Assembly (NCBI GenBank): GCA_012295275.1
Contig: CM022671.1
Span: 34,100,001-34,164,000 of the forward strand
Direction of reading: 5' to 3'
Source: Chrysomallon squamiferum
Taxonomy: Eukaryota; Animalia; Mollusca
DNA length: 64,000 bases
The translations under genes were made by a program, and so were the position numbers. Below are positions 29,800-43,316 of this stretch, piece by piece. Positions within the stretch are counted from its first letter, which is position 1, and each line of letters begins with the position of its first letter. The notes beneath the pieces are model-generated. The model saw only the letters and a program-made list of their open reading frames with translations. It did no database searches and had not been told where the DNA came from.

Positions 29800-29960
29800 A
29801 GCTTGTTTATATCTTTTTGTATAGCTGGCTCGGGCCAGCTGACTATTTATAATTGATTTGTTTACGCAAATGTCAGGGCTCCTCTTGTTTACACAGTTGG
29901 GGCTGGCTGGATGCCATCTTGTTTATGGCCTCATGCTCATTGGCGTGGTGGTAAACTGTA
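29800..29960 (+). promoter_or_regulatory. Candidate internal promoter with forkhead-site cluster and reverse CCAAT
   Basis: TGTTTAT 29804 and 29920, TGTTTAC 29859 and 29886, GTAAACT 29951, ATTGG 29939, directly upstream of ATG 29964. Confidence 0.45.
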
Positions 29961-29963
29961 CTT

Positions 29964-30279
29964 ATGAAAATGCAGAACACAGAAGGAGGGAAGTATTTCA
30001 AAAATACATCCCTGCTGTCTGATGGTGTATTGTTAGCTGATAGCATTTACACTGAAACTCAGTCAGAAACGAAGGCTTATCTGAAACATACTGTTCCAAA
30101 GGATAATTGTACTCGTATTAAATCAGAGTTTGGGGACAGACACACAAAAAATAGAAACACTCTTGACACACAGACAGACATGTGTTCCCTTATGACTATG
30201 CCTCCATTTGGGTTGCCTCCCATGAACCCTGTTGGTTATAACCTGTATATTCAGGGTCTGTTGTCCTCTCCCTCTTCAG
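29964..30279 (+). CDS. FoxP: Candidate 5' extension of exon 5: alternative first exon with 105 extra N-terminal codons (MKMQNTEGGKYF...LLSSPSS)
   Basis: ATG-initiated, non-repetitive ORF in frame with exon 5, running through the acceptor with no stop; motif-rich promoter-like DNA upstream. Confidence 0.55.
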
Positions 30280-30477
30280 GTATGATGTCTCAGGCCGAAA
30301 TTCAGCAGTTGTGGAAAGAAGTGGCAGCCCAGACTGGCTTGGAAGACACATCAATGAAAAACAACCTCAATGGGTTGACGATACCTTCAGTTCCAGTGGC
30401 AGCAACCCAGTCTCCAATTTTACCAACACCCAACTTCACTAATGGAGGTTTGCCCACTGACGGCTTGTTATTTCCAG
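30280..30477 (+). CDS. FoxP: FoxP exon 5 (MMSQAEIQQLWKEVAAQ...DGLLFP)
   Basis: Polypyrimidine tract ctctccctcttcag| and G|gtaagt donor; 198 nt, phase 1/1; AEIQQLWKEV is the conserved FoxP motif. Confidence 0.95.
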
Positions 30478-31111
30478 GTAAGTGTTGTTTGCTTTATCAT
30501 TGGTGTTTATCATTTACTGTGTTTTTGTTGTTCGTGTATTTGTTGTAGATCAAAGAAATCCCAAAATGGAAGTGAAAATTATAATTTGTGGTTAGTTTTT
30601 GTTCAAAAATATATGTTATTTTGTATTTAGAAAAATAAAAAAACAGCTTTAATAGGATATTAATTCTATTACGTTCTGTTTTTGTTTCGTAAACAGAAAA
30701 AAGAGATTTTTACTGTTTTTAATTTTAAACAAGCAGTTTTAAAGAATTGTTAGACAAATTAAAATGAAATGTTTATATAGCAACAGCACTGAGAGTTGTG
30801 TCCCTTGTCCTTATTAGTAATGGACGCCTTTACTACTTTTAAAACTATTAATACAGTAAAACGTCACTCTGTGTAGGACCAGCCATAGAAACAACATAGG
30901 TTAAACAAAAGAAAGAAATTAGTCATAATGTTTCATAGATTATCTTTTGATATCTTTGTTTCCTAAAAATCATGTACAAATTGTTTTTTCTTCCTTTAAT
31001 GGCTGTTAAACGATCCTTATTAAGCATGTATTGATATTCTAATACTTCCCTTTAACAGTGTGATCAAATCTATATAGATATGCAACAGTATTCAGTTGAA
31101 GTCAAATGTAT

Positions 31112-31260
31112 TAGGGAGTAGGCTGTTAGTAAGTGGTTAGATAGCTGGCCTTACGCTTGATCAAGCATTGTTCATCTGTGTAATTGTTGGACTATTTCCA
31201 GTTCCAGCACTGCTCCATTATGGGTTCATCAAAGGCATTCATTTGTGCTTTCTTGTACTT
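31112..31260 (+). mobile_element. Decayed tRNA-derived SINE-like fragment; related fragments near 2333-2390 (+) and 9800-9860, 25650-25720, 41260-41370, 53075-53140 (-)
   Basis: A-box-like TAGTAAGTGGTTAGA. The body CTATTTCC..TTC...CA.TGCT......GG...ATCAAA.GC is shared with 2333-2390. Minus-strand fragments share TTAGCA.CA....ATCTT and ATA.ACAGGAAA. Family assignment is from recollection of gastropod SINEs, not a search. Confidence 0.45.
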
Positions 31261-31671
31261 GAATAACTGTTGATTACTGTTAAGAGCCATCACATCTGGT
31301 TTCCTTTCTGGCACCATTTTAATGAAAAACAGTCTTAAACTCCTGTTTTATTGTTCTTAGAAAACATATTGTTTAACTGATTGATGGTTTGATCTATCAT
31401 TAATATTATTATCTTTATTTTTTTTAATGAAGATTAATTTTAAATTCTACAGGGAAATGGCAAGAATATACATGTCTAATACTTTATAGAATCTATTTGT
31501 GTTTTTAAATTAAAAGTTTAAAAATCTTAATTAATATTAAACCATTAAGTTTATAGCAATCTGCTTAAAAATACAACAAAACACTGTCCCACAACAAGAG
31601 ATAAGTAAATATAAATTTAAAAAAAGGCTAAAACATTAAACCAAAATACAATGTATATAATCATTTGTGTG

Positions 31672-31730
<59 letters not shown>

Positions 31731-32044
31731 GTGTGTGTGTTTGTGTGTGTGTGTTTGTGTGTGATTAGAAAAAAAACAATAAATGTTGAATATTGGTTTG
31801 GAATAACTTCACATAAACATCTAAATTTAATAGCCATGTTTACTTGTAACTTCTGTAAGATGAATTAGTATGTGAAGGAAGGTAGATAAATAAACATACC
31901 ATTTAGTTTTTTTAGTTTCTGTTTTTTGAACTGGTTCAACTATTCCAGAAAAAAAGATGTATTATTTTGTATTTATTGACTTTAAATAAACAAACACTAT
32001 TATGTAAATATAGCTATTTATTAAAACCTTCACATCACTGACAC

Positions 32045-32053
32045 TTGACAGAA

Positions 32054-32088
<35 letters not shown>

Positions 32089-32152
32089 ACATGTTTATCT
32101 GGATACAGTTGTTTGTTAGAACATAATCCTCAGTTTGCCTGTACTGCCAGAA

Positions 32153-32203
<51 letters not shown>

Positions 32204-32340
32204 AATAGTGTTATGTAGATTCAGTTCTTTGTTAGAACATATGCTTCAGTTTACTTGTTTGACAGAATAAATAAGCAAATAAATACAGTTATGTAGATAC
32301 ATCATTTTTCTTTTGTTGACAGAGTAAATAAATAAATACT
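32045..32340 (+). repeat. Three to four degenerate tandem units, each carrying an (AAAT)n tract
   Basis: Repeated (GA)CAGAATAAATAA...TTAT.T.GAT.CAG...TTTGTTAGAACAT...CAGTTT. Confidence 0.8.
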
Positions 32341-35300
32341 CAAAGTAAATTAAACATTTTTATTAATTATTTTTTGATGAAAATGTGTTTTCTGTATATA
32401 TTATTATATAGATTAAAAAAAAAAAAATATATATATATATATATATTTATAGTAATAATAACTTTGGCAACAACAACAACAACAAAAAGAAATTTTAATA
32501 ACCAAATGTAACAGAAATGTTTCTTTATTCACTGGGTGTTTCTTTTTGTTTTGTTTTTTTGTTGTTTTGTTTGGGTGCTGACCTCTTCTGTTTCTGCTTC
32601 TTTTATTTTAAATTGTATTTCTTAATGCTTTGATTTTGTATAAAGTAAAATTATAAAAAAAAAGAGAAGAAAAGAAAAGAAAATCTCAGCCAGATAAAAC
32701 ATTTACTGTGACCGATAAATCAACTATAAAATATCTAATTTTAAAAGATAACGAACACCCAAGAGAAACTTGTTTTTTCTTATTAACAAAATACGCTAAC
32801 ATTTTTAGCTGTCTGCACCTTGATACTTAATACCCTGTGGTTGATACATGTTGTTATCCAAACACTTGAATACAATCAGAGATTCCTTCCTCTTCTCTCC
32901 CTTCTCTTTATCCCAGAAATTTATTATCAGTTAGATCAGCTCTTTTTATTGCTACCCAGCATTGTAAAATAAATGGTGTTACCCTCATATAACAATTCTG
33001 ATGTGACCATCATGTCAGAGGGTTAAAAGTGCAGGGAAAAGAAAGAACTTGTAGTAGGTTAACAGAACAAAATTTTCATTGTTTCTACTGGTGGTCGTGC
33101 TTTTTTGTATATATTTAAATCAAACATTTAATATATTAAAAAATATACACACTCTCTTTCTCTGTCTCCCTCTCTGTTTCTTCCTTTCTGAGTCTGCCTA
33201 TCTGTGTGTGTCTATATTTCTTTCTTTCACTCTGTGTCTTTTTCACTCACTCTCTCTGACAGAGACACAGACACACTGACACTGTCACACACCACTCATC
33301 ACTCTCATTCAAACTGATGCACCAGCATATATATTAGTTTAAAACATTTTAAAAGCACATTACCTCTTATCAAGATTATTTAATTCTGTTCTCAAAATAG
33401 ATTTATTAAATTATTCAAAAGAACTCCCTTTTGTCATTAATATTTATCCATATATAATGCCCATCACGTCTGTTACATCTAAAAAATTAACATACATTTT
33501 TCACACACACACTCATACACACACACACACACACACACACGTGCGGCAAACACAAATGCATGCAAGTGTGCACAATAAATAGAGTAAAAAAAATATATAT
33601 ATTTTTAATGTTACTAAAATACTGAAGTCTAAAATTGACTGCTGTTGTTTTCTGTAATATTAACATTTTGTTTTCATTCCATTTTCGTATGATAATATTT
33701 TTGGCTTTCTTTGACTGTGGGCAAGCTAAATGCAGAAACGTTTCAGATTTGAGATTGAACTAACAGGCCCGCCATGTTGTTTTCTTTATATTCTGGTGGC
33801 AGTTTTGTCTGGGCTCCAGTTTTGCTCTCCACTAAAATAAATAAACAAAATATGAATGACTCAGCCATGTATGGCTTGTCTTACATCAAATGGTAAACTA
33901 GCAGGATGTTTACACAAGTTGCGATGTTTACTGTATCCAGGGTGTGTTGTTTAGAATCGGTAACACAAACCCAGGGAATAAACACAGCAGCCTGACCTCC
34001 ATACAAATAACAATCCCACTAGCTGATTCAGATAATTTGTAAATATTCTGAGATTCACACAGATAATTGGATTTTTAGTCTAAATGGATCTTGTGTTGAT
34101 ATTGCTTTTCGTTTCAAATCCTAGTTATCAGCTAAAAAAAAAGATATAAAAAATTATTATTATTATTGTATTAATATATATATAAAATTATACACATATA
34201 CATATGTATGCAATTGATTAAAAATAATAAAAAGATGGAAAAACAAAAAAGTGAAAATAAAACAAAAGCAGAAAATAGACAAAGAAAAAATATGAAGAAG
34301 TGAAACAAGAGTGAAAGAAGAATTTTGAAACTGATAAAAAAATTTACAAAGTAAAAAGGAATAACAAATTGAAACTAATATAAAATTGAAACAAAGAAAA
34401 TCTGAAACAAAGTTAAGTGAATTAAATAATAAAAAAAAAAGAAAAAAGGACAATTTAATTCAAGTAAAAAACGAAGAAAAGGAAACAACAAAAAAACAAA
34501 ACAAAGATGATAAAAAAAATGAAAAAAGAAGAAATAGAAACAAGAAAAAAAATGAAAAATGAAGTAAAATGAAACAAAGACATAAAACTGAAGCAAAGAT
34601 GATAAAAAGTGTAACAACAAAGAAAAACAACTGAAACAAATAATAATAATAATAACTATAATAAAAAAAAAAAAAATGAAACCGAAAAGCAAAAGAAAAT
34701 TGAGACAATAAAAATATTGTTGAAAATTTCTCGAGAAGATTTCTGGTGAAATAAAAACACAATTATCACATAATTACCAATCAGACAGAGAGAAGTAATT
34801 GGTGGTGCTGGAAACATTGAAACAGCGTGTTATTCAAAATAATACTTTCGTCAAGCTTCTCTGCATTGATTTCCAATACTATTCCTTTTGCTCCATGCCG
34901 AATTGGGGCAAACAACATCGCTTTGTTTACTGCACTGTTATCAACAAGCAAAGCAGGGATGGACCAGTTTATTGAATAGTGTTATTTTTAGGGGGCTCTT
35001 GGTTATTTTAGATATTTCATGTTTGAAATGACTCTGTTTTAAAAAGAAAGGGAAATTACATGTTTGTGCGATGTTTGTTATGTTGCAAGTTTGTATTTAG
35101 GTTTAATGATGTATGTAATTATATGTTAGAAAGTAAACTATTTATTTATTAATAAATCTAAGATTACTTTGTGATGAAGATTAGATATTTGAAATAAAAC
35201 TATTTTTAAGAAGAACAACAACATTGAAAAAAACAGACTCACTCCATAAAACACTAACAAAACAACAACAAACAAATAAAAAACATACAAAACGACAACA

Positions 35301-35617
35301 TAAATGTACATTCACAACAACAACAACACATCAATATAATAAGAAATGAAAACAATTTATAGTCTGCTTTATGGAGAGTTCAGTGGTATTCATATATGAA
35401 ATAAACATTTTCATATAGAGTTTATTTCATACATGAATGTAATTTTTTTTATTTTAACATGTATTTTATTATGGTGAGATGTGCTGATTTTAAATGTAAT
35501 TAACATTATTTCATTAATTATATAATATTGCCTGTAACTAATAACTAAATTTTTTTACTTTAACAAAAACTCTTTTAAGTCTCTGTGTGTTTATGTGTAT
35601 GTTTGTGTTTATGTGTA

Positions 35618-35689
<72 letters not shown>

Positions 35690-36270
35690 GTGTATGTGTG
35701 TTTCAATGAGTGTATATGACAATTTACAACTGAGGGGAATATTTCCAAAAATATTTTGAATTAGGTTAAGATACATATAAAAGTAACTGTGTACAAGATT
35801 TAATTCATTTATGAAAGTATGTGATACATCAATAAATATCTAGATTTCACTTGTAGATGTTAAGAGATAATTTGGGAACAACAAAATCAATAAACATCTG
35901 ACCAGTCTTCATTACATCCACATTAGTTTAGTATTCCAGTCCACTGTTCTATAGTCAGTTTCAGAGTTGAGTTTTCTAAGTAAGTTTAAAAGGAATTTGA
36001 TTTCACTAACTTACTTACATTCTAACCATGCATTTATAATAAGCTCGAAACTGAGTCATAAATTTGTTCAAGATGGCATGCTTTACAGGATGTGAAAGAT
36101 AAGCATAACCATGCATGCACACATTTGCATTTAGACACAACTACACACACATATACATATAAACATACAAACACACATATACACACGACAAACATACAAA
36201 AACACATCAGGTTGATATGAAAACTGATACCATGCTGATAGAAAAAAAAAATATTAGAAAATAAATAAAT

Positions 36271-36440
36271 AAAAAATAATTAAAAGGGGCAGACTTGTAA
36301 TAAAATCTAGCACGTTTAATCTGCTGATACACAACAAACAAGAGTATATCACTGTAATCTAGTTTTGCTGTAAACATCTGGCAGGGCGTACATAACTAAC
36401 CCATACTGAAAAAATGTCACCCTTCAGAAAAAGGGGAGGA
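36271..36440 (+). repeat. Left arm of ~170-bp intronic inverted repeat (partner 41600-41767)
   Basis: Hand alignment to the reverse complement of 41600-41767: 6 substitutions and one 2-nt indel, with a ~95-nt perfect core. Confidence 0.97.
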
Positions 36441-39131
36441 ATGTGGACACTACTTTCATCACGAATAGAATGATTTTACTTTTCCAGCCAATGGTTTATA
36501 TCTTGTAAAGGATTCATAGCAATGCAAGGACTATAGTGTAAAAGTGATTAAGATTTTTCAATAATAATGTCAAAAGGATGTCACCAAAACTATTTCTTCC
36601 TCACCCAGTAATTGATAATGTTTTTTGTTTATTTTATTTTATTTTTTTTCAATTGCTGGGAATGCTTTTTTCAACATCTCACAAATCAGTCACTCTCATG
36701 CATACATGCACACATTCATGCATTCACCCAGGCACATGCTTACTTAAACACACACACACACACACACATTTATCAAGATGATATTTCATTACAGATTTTA
36801 TAACTGAAACCACAGCTGATTATACTGTGGTCAATAAAATACAGAAGAAAGAAAAATACAAGAAGAAATGTTCTAATGGTTTATTCATAGTGTTTTATTA
36901 AACATAACAAATGGTAGAATTCTGCCAGAAATCCCAGTTGTATATTTAATTGTGGAAGTTGTAGTGTGTTTTTTAGAGGTTAGTTATCACAAACAAAGTT
37001 TCATATATAATGCAGTATTACAATCTATGATCCATAACTTTGAAATATCACATGCAATATTTATACCTTGTCTTCAAAACTGATTAGAAAAAAGATAGTT
37101 AAATAAACATACACCTACATAGATACATATGTGCATGCATAAACATGCAAACATACACATGCACACACACACACACACATATACACACACATTTCAAACT
37201 TGTTGTGCATTCCCTACTTTACAACAGCATAACACCACTAATTCTAACCCTTTTGTTCAGTTAAAGAGGTAATATCAAGACAGAGAAACATACTAACCTT
37301 TACACAGTTAATTTAAAAGAGAGTAACATGTAAGACACAGGAGGTATTAAATTACAAATTTAAGCTGGTCATTGGTCACAAAGACAAGTTTAATCTAGCC
37401 AAGCTTGACTGATACTTATAATATTTTCACAACACTTTATTAAGTTGCTTATTTACTTGATTTTGCACTCTTACACTGTCTGAACTGACTGGATAACTAC
37501 TGGAATGTACAGATGTGTAACAAATGGGAGACAACCTCTTTGAACACATACATTCACACATTAATGACTATACCAACACATTACTGCTGTTAAAATCATT
37601 ATATTAAAACAATAGTTTTAATAGAAAATGACATCTGATATTAAAACATGTTTTGTTATTAAATATTTATTCACTGAAAAGCTAATATATATAAAAAAAA
37701 AAATAAATCACAAAAAAAAGAAGATAAAAGAGAGAATTAATAATAACAATAATAATAATAATGATAATGATAATAATAATGATGATAATAATAAAATAAA
37801 TAATAAAAAAGAAATGAAGGAAAGAAAGAAAGGTAAAAAAAAAATTTCACTCTAATTAAATTCTTTCTTTGAATCAGAGAGACTAAGTCATAAAACCCTT
37901 TTTATAAACATAGTTTAATCAATAACACTCCTTCAAATATTAAAATGTATTCTCAAATAAATATTCATTTCATTTTTTTTTTTTTTCATAATCTCTTTGT
38001 GTCTAGGCCCATTTAATAAACAAAACTGTTTTTTGCTTGACATATTGAAAATAATAAGTACTTAATGCTACCCACATGTATGACAGTAATAATTTTAAAT
38101 TACAGCAATGATAATAACTTATGGGAGGGGGGAAATAGAAAAGAAAAGAAAGTTAATTATAATCATATCCCTGTCTTAAATTAAACCTATTTTTAAATCA
38201 GCTTTCTTTATTTTTCAGTGTATACTTTTCATTGTTATTAGTTAATTCAAATCTTTATTGTTATTTGTTTTTATTAATTTTTTATTTATATAATTAAAGG
38301 GACTAGAAATACAGTATCTGGTTATTTATGATATTGTTTTATAACCTCTCTAGTATAGTATTTTTTTTTAAATGTGTACACATACATATATTTTTGGTGA
38401 ATTTTACATTTTCAGTGCACAAGAGCAAAAAAAATAAAAAATAATAAATAAATAAATAAAAAAAGAAAATCAAAATAAATTTTGTCTCCAACCCAGATTG
38501 TAAACCATAAGTTATTATTTGCTAAGAATTAGATCAATATGGTGCACATGTATGACTTAGGTTGCTTTTTCATGTATTGTGCATGTTTTCTAACATAATA
38601 TTTTCAAGAGCAGATAATAACCAAAATTTAAGAAACTAAAAAAGAAATAGAAAGTAAAAAAAACAAAACAAAAAAAACAAAAAAACTCGTACAGACAGGT
38701 TTTTCAGAAATCAGGCTTATTTTAAACAAAGGGACAATGTAACTCAAGACAAATAATGTATCCATTATAAATTTGTATGTATTTTTATTTTATAAACAAG
38801 TACAAGAAAATCTAAATTATTATTCCTTCAAAAAGAAAGAGAGAGAAAAATAATGTATCATAGAATAAGTAAGTGGTATAAATATTTTAAAGTGATGATA
38901 GAAAAGTTATTGCTTTTTCAGTGTAAGAGATATATAAACAAGTGTCTCAGTTTACCATGCTCATGGGAGGAACAGATAAATAATACACATATTTTCATAA
39001 AGAAATTATCTTTTGTTTTTCTCTTATTAATCATTAAATAGCTTCAAATGTTCAGGGTTAAGAAGTGCAGTACATTAAGACTTGACAGAGTATTAAAACA
39101 ATACTGATTTATTTCTTTATTTTTTGAATGT

Positions 39132-39173
<42 letters not shown>

Positions 39174-39655
39174 CAGACAGAGAAAAAAGGAAATTTAATA
39201 TTTTATATATATATAATATAAACTTTAATATGTGCAATATAAAAGAAAAAAGAAAAGAAAGGCTTGAAATAGCATCAACATTTTTGCTTATTGACACACT
39301 TAAATGCAATTTCATACTGGTATACAGTTTTTTTCAACCAACCACAACAACAACAAAACAAAATACCTGGTAAATCTACAGCAACAATAATAACAATAGT
39401 AACAGAAACAAACAAAACAACATCAACACAGCTACAAAAACAATTACAACAACACAGCTACAAAAACAACTACAACAACACAGCACAACAACAATAACAA
39501 TAGCAATAATTATTAATGTTGTTGTGCTTGGAAAATATTTAGAACATATAATTTCATTTAGTTAAAATGTAACCAGTAACCAAGGAGAACTTTATTAATC
39601 AAAATGCAGATGGCATCGACTTCCCTCATGTTGTAAAGTCAAATTTAAAACATTT

Positions 39656-39701
39656 ATGAGTGGGAAGAACTGTGGGACAGGAGTGGGAGTTTGGCACATC
39701 G
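39656..39701 (+). CDS. FoxP: Candidate alternative first coding exon (MSGKNCGTGVGVWHI) splicing to exon 6
   Basis: ATG 39656; 46 nt G-rich stretch ending at G|GTGAGA in phase 1, matching exon 6. Confidence 0.3.
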
Positions 39702-40986
39702 GTGAGAATTTGCTTCCCATCTTTTTGTGTCTGTTTTTTTATTATCTAGAGAAAAACAGAGATTTACAGCTTGCAGTTGTCCTAAAACTGTGAGCTCTGC
39801 TTTTCTGACAATTTGTTGATGTAAACATTTGTACTGTTGTTGGTGGCTGTTTATGTTTTTTTTTTTTTTAAAAAGACTGTAAAACAATTACATTTATTCA
39901 GAAACAAAGGATGTTGAAAAAGTGTCAGTGTGTTTATACAGAAGTACATGTCAAATCTGGTGGCCTCTGACAGAAAACATCACTGGAAAAACAAACAAAA
40001 TAAACACCACAACCAGTTTGGGAAAATATTTTGGGTGAATGCTGAACAAATAATTAAAATATAATTGAGAATGCGGAGGTGTGAGAATCATTCTTTGACC
40101 AAAACATATATTCTAAGATGGTTTTAGCATTTTTTCTTCTTTTGTATTTGTTTTCCCACTGTAACAGTCAAACTAATTCAAAGAAATAGTACATATTTGT
40201 TTAAATATTGCTTCTTAAAGTGTACTTACTCTGTAACAGAAAGAAATTAATTACACTATTAACACTACAACTTTTTCTATAACTGTTGTTATTCTTATGG
40301 CTATTATTGATGTTGTTTTTCTGGGGAGTTTTGGGGGCTGGAGGGGGGTTAATTTGTGTTTCTGTTTATCTCCGTCTTTGATGTGGGAAGTAAACAAGAT
40401 AATGAATTAAATTTCAATTTTGTTTAATGGTGCTAATAGAGCAAATCAGTCTTTGGATGTCAGACGTTTTCTGTTTCTAATTCTGTAGCATTTTTTATCA
40501 GAAATTCTAGTTGAAAAACTATTATTGTTGTTAATAATAATAATAATAATTTAATCAAATATTTTTTCTAGTGTTATAAAACATAGTGTGTTGTAAAGAA
40601 ATAAAAATAAGATTTTACGTAACTGTTTAAAAAAAAAACACCAGTGGTACCATCAATTGCTATACAGGCCCTATTTGTTTCTTACAAAGAGAATAAATTA
40701 GTTTGCATTAAATATCATGTTGTATTTTAAATTAGACAGATTGCAATTTAATACCAAAACACAATACAGAAAAAATAAATAAATAAAAAAAGTCATTATT
40801 TTTTTGAAAATCTACTGAAATAAAATCAGTAGAATTTTTTTTTTTTAAATCTCTAACATTTTGTTTATCAAACAAACTGTTTGAAGTTAGCATTCTATTC
40901 GAAAGTAAATATTAGTTTTAATGTTAATCAAGAAAGCAATATCAGTCTTAATTATGGTATGTGTATAATAATGAGGGAGGGAGGGA

Positions 40987-40990
<4 letters not shown>

Positions 40991-41054
<64 letters not shown>
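40991..41054. repeat. (GA)32 microsatellite
   Basis: Direct inspection. Confidence 0.95.
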
Positions 41055-41058
<4 letters not shown>

Positions 41059-41599
41059 TAAATATTAAATAAATTCAAAAAACAAAAATGGGAAAGAGAG
41101 TATTCTGAGTTTAATTGTAAGTACATGAAAGAAAAGAATATACCCCTAGAGAAACAAAGAAAATGAGTTAATTAATATTAATCAATTGACACTTCAACAC
41201 ATTAATATAGTCAGTTTGTTGCTGATGTTGTGTTGGCTCTTGTTATTATTAATTCATGTTCCATACACAGGAAATGACATACCACAAGTCTTGTAAACAA
41301 TTTTTAAAGCATTGATGTATGGGAAATAACCCAGTGGGTATATTAAAAAGGAATGATGCTACATCTTATTGACTTTGAGGTGTGTGCAGTCATCCACTAA
41401 ACAGGAGTAAGACCTTTTTTTTTTAACAAATATAAATGTATATACTTACCAAGTAAATTTATTTAAACAGCATTAACTGTGAAAATTAACAGATTTTTTT
41501 CTTTTCTTTTTCACTGCTAATTTATTTTGAACTATGGTTAAAAAAATGAAATTATCTGACAGTCTTTGTTTAAAGTGAAACCAGTGCTGACATACAAAC

Positions 41600-41767
41600 T
41601 CCTCCTCTTTTTCTGAAGGGTGGTGTTTTCAGTATGGGTTAGTTATGTACGCCCTGCCAGATGTTTACAGCAAAACTAGATTACAGTGATATACTCTTGT
41701 TTGTTGTGTATCAGCAGATTACATGTGCTAGATTTTATTACAAGTCTGCCCCTTTTAATTATTTTTT
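41600..41767 (-). repeat. Right arm of ~170-bp intronic inverted repeat (partner 36271-36440)
   Basis: Same alignment as the left arm. Confidence 0.97.
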
Positions 41768-43144
41768 TTCTAATTCCACACAAAGGGAGGTTTAAACAGT
41801 GGTTATGATTTGTTATTTTTGTTGTTTTTATTTTCTAATTTTTATATTTTTTTATATTTGATTAATTCATTTTTTTTTTTTTATTGTTTTCTAGTCTGTT
41901 TTTAATTGAATTTTGAATTTTTTTTAGTTTAATCAAAATAGAATTAATTTGTTTTAACTGTAAAATATTTGATTTATTTATATATACATCATTTTTATTT
42001 AAAAAAAAAAATATATATTTCAAATTGATGTCAATTTGAGCTCTTGTATTTTTGATAAATTTAGCATTTTTTTTTTAATTAACACTCAATACAAATGAAA
42101 CTAAGGTAAAATAATTAGTTTGTGAAAATATACTAGAAATGGCATGTTCTTGTTTCTTTTGTTTTAAACAAACACATACATATGCATACACACAAATATG
42201 AAATACACATAAACATAAGCGCACCATTAATAAAAAAATATTATTTTTAAATACTCTTAGTCTCCTGCTTTTTCTGACTGTGTGTGTGTGTGTGCACGCA
42301 TGCATGTGTATATGTATGATGTGCATACAGTAATATATTTTAACATTCAAATAAATTAAAGAAATAGAGGAAAGAGAAAAAAACAAAAAGCTGGAAAAAA
42401 GAAGTGATGTTTGAGTAAATTCTGGTGGAAAAAAACACAACAAAAAACAACATATGTATAAATATATTAACAGAATAATGTATAATTATTATCTCACTTA
42501 AGTACAGTCATTTTCAACATGAGTATGTGATAAGCTATTGTAATATATCCATGTATTAAATATATTATTTACTATATTTATAATAATACCAGTGTTATTA
42601 AACAGCTTGAAAATGCATGCTTATTTACATGTGATTTTAATAGATAGGTAACTGTAGAGATATCTGTCACAGATGTCAGAGAAGAAAAAGATAAAACACA
42701 TATAATGTCATGTAAATGTGGAGGGTTTGCAAAAATTTTAAAAAGAAAATATCTTTATCAACACTATCAGTTTCATTTTAATATATTGTTTTGTTGGGAG
42801 GTTTTTTTCTTTTTGTTTTCATTATTTAGTCTATTTTTTGATTTTTTGTTTGTTTTTTCTTTCTCAGTAGAATTAAAAAAAAAAAAATAGTACTAAAACA
42901 AATAATAATATTAATAATAAATTAAAAAAATAATGACTAATCAGTCAATACTAAAAGCAGAAATGTACAGATAAGAACACTTTTTGATCATCACCCATTT
43001 TTAATTCATTCAACATATTTACTGTTCTAATCAATGTCCCATGGCCTAAACAATCTGTACATTTCCAGTGTAGCAACATTTCTGTGAACACATTATTTAA
43101 TTTTTATTTTATATTTTGGGATCTTTTTTTTTTCCTTCTTGCAG

Positions 43145-43316
43145 GTGGAATTCCAAACCAATCTCCATTAAGTTTGAGACCAAATGATAGTGCCAAATCT
43201 TCACAAAATGAAACAAAGACGAATGGAATTGACAAACATAACCCTCTGTTCAGACACAATCTCTGCAAATGGCCTGGTTGTGACACACCCTGCGAAGACT
43301 ATTCTATATTTTTAAA
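43145..43316 (+). CDS. FoxP: FoxP exon 6, first half of C2H2 zinc finger (HNPLFRHNLCKWPGCDTPCEDYSIFLK)
   Basis: cttcttgcag| acceptor and AA|gtaaga donor; 172 nt, phase 1/2; CKWPGC motif. Confidence 0.96.

Noticed and set aside
29546-29800. 84-aa ORF upstream of the candidate internal promoter
   Set aside because: Starts in a microsatellite, ends in a stop with no link to FoxP exons, no recognisable protein.
34163-34762. Three overlapping minus-strand F/L-rich ORFs
   Set aside because: Artefact of an A-rich low-complexity tract on the + strand.
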